This document shows, in pieces, positions 60,882 through 64,000 of a DNA stretch of 64,000 bases. Under the pieces are notes generated by a model. It was not told the DNA's origin and did not search any database. It worked only from the letters and a program-made list of their open reading frames with translations. Each line of letters begins with the position of its first letter. Position 1 is the first letter of the stretch. Position numbers and translations under genes: made by a program. Origin of the DNA: an uncultured Acidobacteriota bacterium (lineage in GTDB: Bacteria; Acidobacteriota; UBA6911); NCBI GenBank assembly GCA_963827655.1, contig CAWHCF010000007.1, forward strand, positions 1 through 64,000, given 5' to 3'.

Positions 60882-62297
60882 ATGGCGCTCGACGATTCAC
60901 TCGCCATTAATCTCCAGACCGAGACCGTCGGAGTAACCGCCGAACTGGTCGACAGGTATAACGTTCCCGGCCCCCGGTACACGAGCTATCCCACCGCGCC
61001 TGAGTGGCTCGACAATTTCGGCCCGGCTGAATTTGAGAAATCGTTCGAGGAATCGAACGCCGCGCAGCCGCAGCGCCCGCTCTCGCTCTACATGCATCTT
61101 CCGTTCTGTGACAGCCTGTGCCTTTTTTGCGGCTGCAACGTGGTGATAAACCGCAACCATGAGGTCGCTCATCCGTACATTCAAACGCTCAAGCAGGAAA
61201 TCGATCGGGTCGCCCGGCGGCTGGATCGATCGCGTCCGGTCGTGCAATTCCACTGGGGTGGCGGCACCCCCACGTATCTCAGTCCGGCGCAACTCGAGGA
61301 TCTTTTTCTCCATACCAAGGAGCGCTTTACTTTTGCTCAGGATGCCGAGATTGGCCTGGAAGTCGATCCCCGGGTCACCAGCCAGGACCATGTCATGGCG
61401 CTCAGACGCCTGGGGTTCAATCGAATCTCGATGGGGGTTCAAGACTTCAATCCGCTGGTTCAGAAAACGATTCATCGCATCCAGCCCTATGATCTCACCA
61501 GGGACCTCGTGGATTCATGCCGGGCGCAGGGCTACGAATCCATCAATATCGACTTGATCTACGGCCTGCCCCATCAAACCTCCGATACGTTTGCAGACTC
61601 GGTCGACAAGGTTATCCAGCTGCGGCCGGATCGCGTGGCGATGTTCAGCTACGCCCACGTGCCGTGGCTCAAGAAACAGCAGAATTCCTTCGCGCAGTCT
61701 ATTCCACAGGGGATGGCCAAATTCCAGATCTTCCGGGCCGGGATCGAGCGCTTTACCCGGGCTGGTTATTTCTATATCGGAATGGACCACTTCGCGCTGT
61801 CTGAAGACGAGTTGTACACGGCCCAGCACAATCGCACCCTGCACCGCAATTTCCAGGGGTACACGACCAAAGCGGGATCCGACCTGTTCGCCATGGGCGT
61901 CAGCTCGATCAGCGGTCTCGAGCGTGTGTACGCGCAGAATTTTCGAGATCTGAAGGATTACTACACCGCAATGGAAGGGGGCGACCTACCCACGATGCGC
62001 GGCATTCGCCTGAACCACGATGACCTGGTTCGCCGCGCCGTTATCAACCGGATCCTGTGCCACTGTGTCGTTCACAAGAAAGAAATCGAAGACGCCTTCA
62101 ACCTGGATTTTGACGAGTATTTCGCCGATGAGCTCGTACGGCTCAAGGGTCTGGAAAAAGACGGGCTGGTAAGACTGACGTCCGATTCCCTCTTTATCAC
62201 ATCCCTGGGACGCATCTTTATCCGCAACGCCGGCATGGTGTTCGATAAATACTTGCAGAAGACGCAGGACAGACCGCTTTTCTCGAAAACACTTTGA
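60882..62297 (+). CDS. hemN: Oxygen-independent coproporphyrinogen III dehydrogenase (radical SAM)
   Basis: GPRYTSYPTA, H.PFCDSLCLFCGC, HWGGGTP, GMDHFA, RNFQGY, C-terminal FSKT. Confidence 0.96.
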   Translation: MALDDSLAINLQTETVGVTAELVDRYNVPGPRYTSYPTAPEWLDNFGPAEFEKSFEESNAAQPQRPLSLYMHLPFCDSLCLFCGCNVVINRNHEVAHPYIQTLKQEIDRVARRLDRSRPVVQFHWGGGTPTYLSPAQLEDLFLHTKERFTFAQDAEIGLEVDPRVTSQDHVMALRRLGFNRISMGVQDFNPLVQKTIHRIQPYDLTRDLVDSCRAQGYESINIDLIYGLPHQTSDTFADSVDKVIQLRPDRVAMFSYAHVPWLKKQQNSFAQSIPQGMAKFQIFRAGIERFTRAGYFYIGMDHFALSEDELYTAQHNRTLHRNFQGYTTKAGSDLFAMGVSSISGLERVYAQNFRDLKDYYTAMEGGDLPTMRGIRLNHDDLVRRAVINRILCHCVVHKKEIEDAFNLDFDEYFADELVRLKGLEKDGLVRLTSDSLFITSLGRIFIRNAGMVFDKYLQKTQDRPLFSKTL

Positions 62298-62301
62298 GCG
62301 G

Positions 62302-63303
62302 ATGAGCATCCGGACCACACGAGGTATCCTGCTCTTTAATCTCGGAGGGCCCGAGAGACTCGACGACGTTCGTCCGTTTCTCTTCAACCTGTTTTCCGAC
62401 CCCGACATCATCCGGATCAAAAACGACACGGCGCGCCGGCTGCTTGCGTGGTTCATTGCGACCACGCGGCAGCGCAAGTCGCGCGGCCTCTACCAGCAGA
62501 TTGGTGGCGGCTCGCCCCTGCGAAAAATTACCGAGGGGCAGGCCGAGGCTCTTGGCATCCGCCTGTCAGAACGGGGTTACCCCGTCAAGGTCTACGTCGG
62601 GATGCGCTGCTGGCAGCCGACGATCGCTGAAGCAGTCCGTCAAATCGAGCGCGACGGGATCTCGCAACTGGTCGCACTTCCTTTGTTCCCGCAGTTCTCC
62701 GTCACGACGACCGGCTCCTGCTTCAACTACTTCAAGAAGACGATGGCCGCGGCCGGACTTGGGCAGAAGGTCGCCGTTTCTTATGTTGAACGCTGGTTCG
62801 ACGAACCCTTGTACCTGGAATCAATGGCAGACTTGATCCGGAAGGCCATGGGACGGTTCTCGGACAAGAATCCGAAGAATTCTCATCTGCTCTACAGCGC
62901 CCATTCCATCCCGGCGCGCTATGTCGAAGAGGGCGACCCCTATCTGGACCAGACCAGGGAGACGCTGACGCTGATCGATGAACGTCTCGGGAACGTCTCC
63001 CCCTCGACACTCGCATTTCAGAGTAAGGTCGGTCCGGTGAAGTGGCTGGGCCCCTCAACCAATAGCGTGCTTACCGAGTTCGGCAGGCGTGGCACTTCGC
63101 GGGTGCTGGTAATCCCAATAAGCTTCGTCTCCGACCACATCGAGACCCTGCAGGAAATCGACATCCTCTACCGCGGACTGGCAACCAAGGCAGGGATCGC
63201 AGAGTTTGAGCGCGCCGAGTCATTGAACCTCTATCCGAAGTTTATTGAGGCTCTGGCAAACCTCTCGATTCGAGCGCTACAACAAATGACGGATCCTAAA
63301 TAG
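62302..63303 (+). CDS. hemH: Ferrochelatase
   Basis: NLGGP, IGGGSPL, PLFPQFS..TTGS, SAHSIP, GDPY, FQSKVGP..WL.P, FVSDHIETL.EID. Confidence 0.96.
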   Translation: MSIRTTRGILLFNLGGPERLDDVRPFLFNLFSDPDIIRIKNDTARRLLAWFIATTRQRKSRGLYQQIGGGSPLRKITEGQAEALGIRLSERGYPVKVYVGMRCWQPTIAEAVRQIERDGISQLVALPLFPQFSVTTTGSCFNYFKKTMAAAGLGQKVAVSYVERWFDEPLYLESMADLIRKAMGRFSDKNPKNSHLLYSAHSIPARYVEEGDPYLDQTRETLTLIDERLGNVSPSTLAFQSKVGPVKWLGPSTNSVLTEFGRRGTSRVLVIPISFVSDHIETLQEIDILYRGLATKAGIAEFERAESLNLYPKFIEALANLSIRALQQMTDPK

Positions 63304-63353
63304 TTCTTTCGCGGCTTTGCGCCTTCGCGGTTTGCTTTTTGCACTGAGTCCGT

Positions 63354-64000
63354 ATGGAGACCGAAACGAGAAAAGTCATCGTCATCGGCGCCGGCATTGC
63401 GGGGCTCACCTGCGCTTACCGTTTGAAGCAGGCCGGCTGTCCCGTGACCGTCGTCGAATCGACCGATTGCGTCGGCGGCGTCATGCGAAGCAGTATCGAG
63501 GATGACTTCCTGTGCGAGAGAGGGCCCAATAGCTTTCAGAACATCCCTGAGATTCTCGACCTGGTTCACGAGCTTGGTCTCGATCACGAGCTTGTCACTG
63601 CCGAAGCCCGCCTTCCACGCTACATCTTCTATCGCGGGACCCTGCATCGTGCGCCCATGGCTCCGGCCGCGCTCCTGTCGACACGGCTGCTGACGGCGGC
63701 GGGGAAACTGAGAATCGTTCGCGAGTTGTGGACCAAAGCGGGTTCAGACGGCCAGGATGAGAGTCTTTCAAATTTTGTGATACGTCATTTCGGGACCGAG
63801 GTGCTCAGGAATTTCGTCGCGCCGCTTGTTTCCGGAATCTATGCCGGCGATCCTTCTCGCTTGAGCGCTCGGTCCGCCTTCCCCTACCTGATTGATCTCG
63901 AAAGAGAATACGGCAGCTTGATCAAGGGCCTTGTGTTCTCGGCCAGGCGCTCGGCAAAACCCCGTAGACCTCGGCAGCTCTGTTCGTTCCAACAGGGCCT
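63354..64000 (+). CDS. hemG: Protoporphyrinogen oxidase, HemY/HemG FAD type (runs off the window)
   Basis: METETRKVIVIGAGIAGLTCAYRL, VGG, E.GPNSF, VSGIYAGDP..LS; follows hemH. Confidence 0.9.
   Translation, partial: METETRKVIVIGAGIAGLTCAYRLKQAGCPVTVVESTDCVGGVMRSSIEDDFLCERGPNSFQNIPEILDLVHELGLDHELVTAEARLPRYIFYRGTLHRAPMAPAALLSTRLLTAAGKLRIVRELWTKAGSDGQDESLSNFVIRHFGTEVLRNFVAPLVSGIYAGDPSRLSARSAFPYLIDLEREYGSLIKGLVFSARRSAKPRRPRQLCSFQQG

Noticed and set aside
18-63335. Recurring GAAGACACGAAG repeats as a CRISPR array
   Set aside because: Copies are dispersed, degenerate and in both orientations, with no regular spacers and no cas genes.

Overview
GC-rich (roughly 60% by eye) bacterial chromosome segment. 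The gene content looks like Acidobacteriota: carboxypeptidase-regulatory-domain TonB receptors, FG-GAP/ASPIC-UnbV proteins, DUF1592/DUF1552, DUF1080 and many Tat/Sec-exported enzymes. This taxonomic call is inference only. About 50 protein genes are present, including tpx, two PPIases, a DUF4157 protein, an hcrCAB-like Mo-hydroxylase operon with a CoA ligase and TetR, chrBA, a GMC oxidoreductase and hemN-hemH-hemG. An accessory stretch at about 20.8-28.4 kb holds a Phd/RelE TA pair and many gene remnants. I recognised no rRNA, tRNA or CRISPR array. Top finding: two adjacent minus-strand ORFs (17385-15733 and 15711-13900) are in the same frame and separated only by one TGA. That TGA is followed, exactly 11 nt later, by a 17-nt hairpin (GCGACA-GGTCG-TGTCGC) resembling a bacterial SECIS. 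This suggests a ~1161-aa exported selenoprotein (FG-GAP propeller, Sec, ASPIC/UnbV, CxxC redoxin, TPR) encoded behind a TonB-dependent receptor. Other notable features are a dense family of intergenic octamer-periodic repeats (~18-20 copies), two MITE-like elements, a chimeric DUF4157 protein and an HcrA homolog with Gln at the usual catalytic Glu. Seven apparent +1 insertions in otherwise intact genes are probably sequencing errors. All family assignments come from motif recognition, not database searches.
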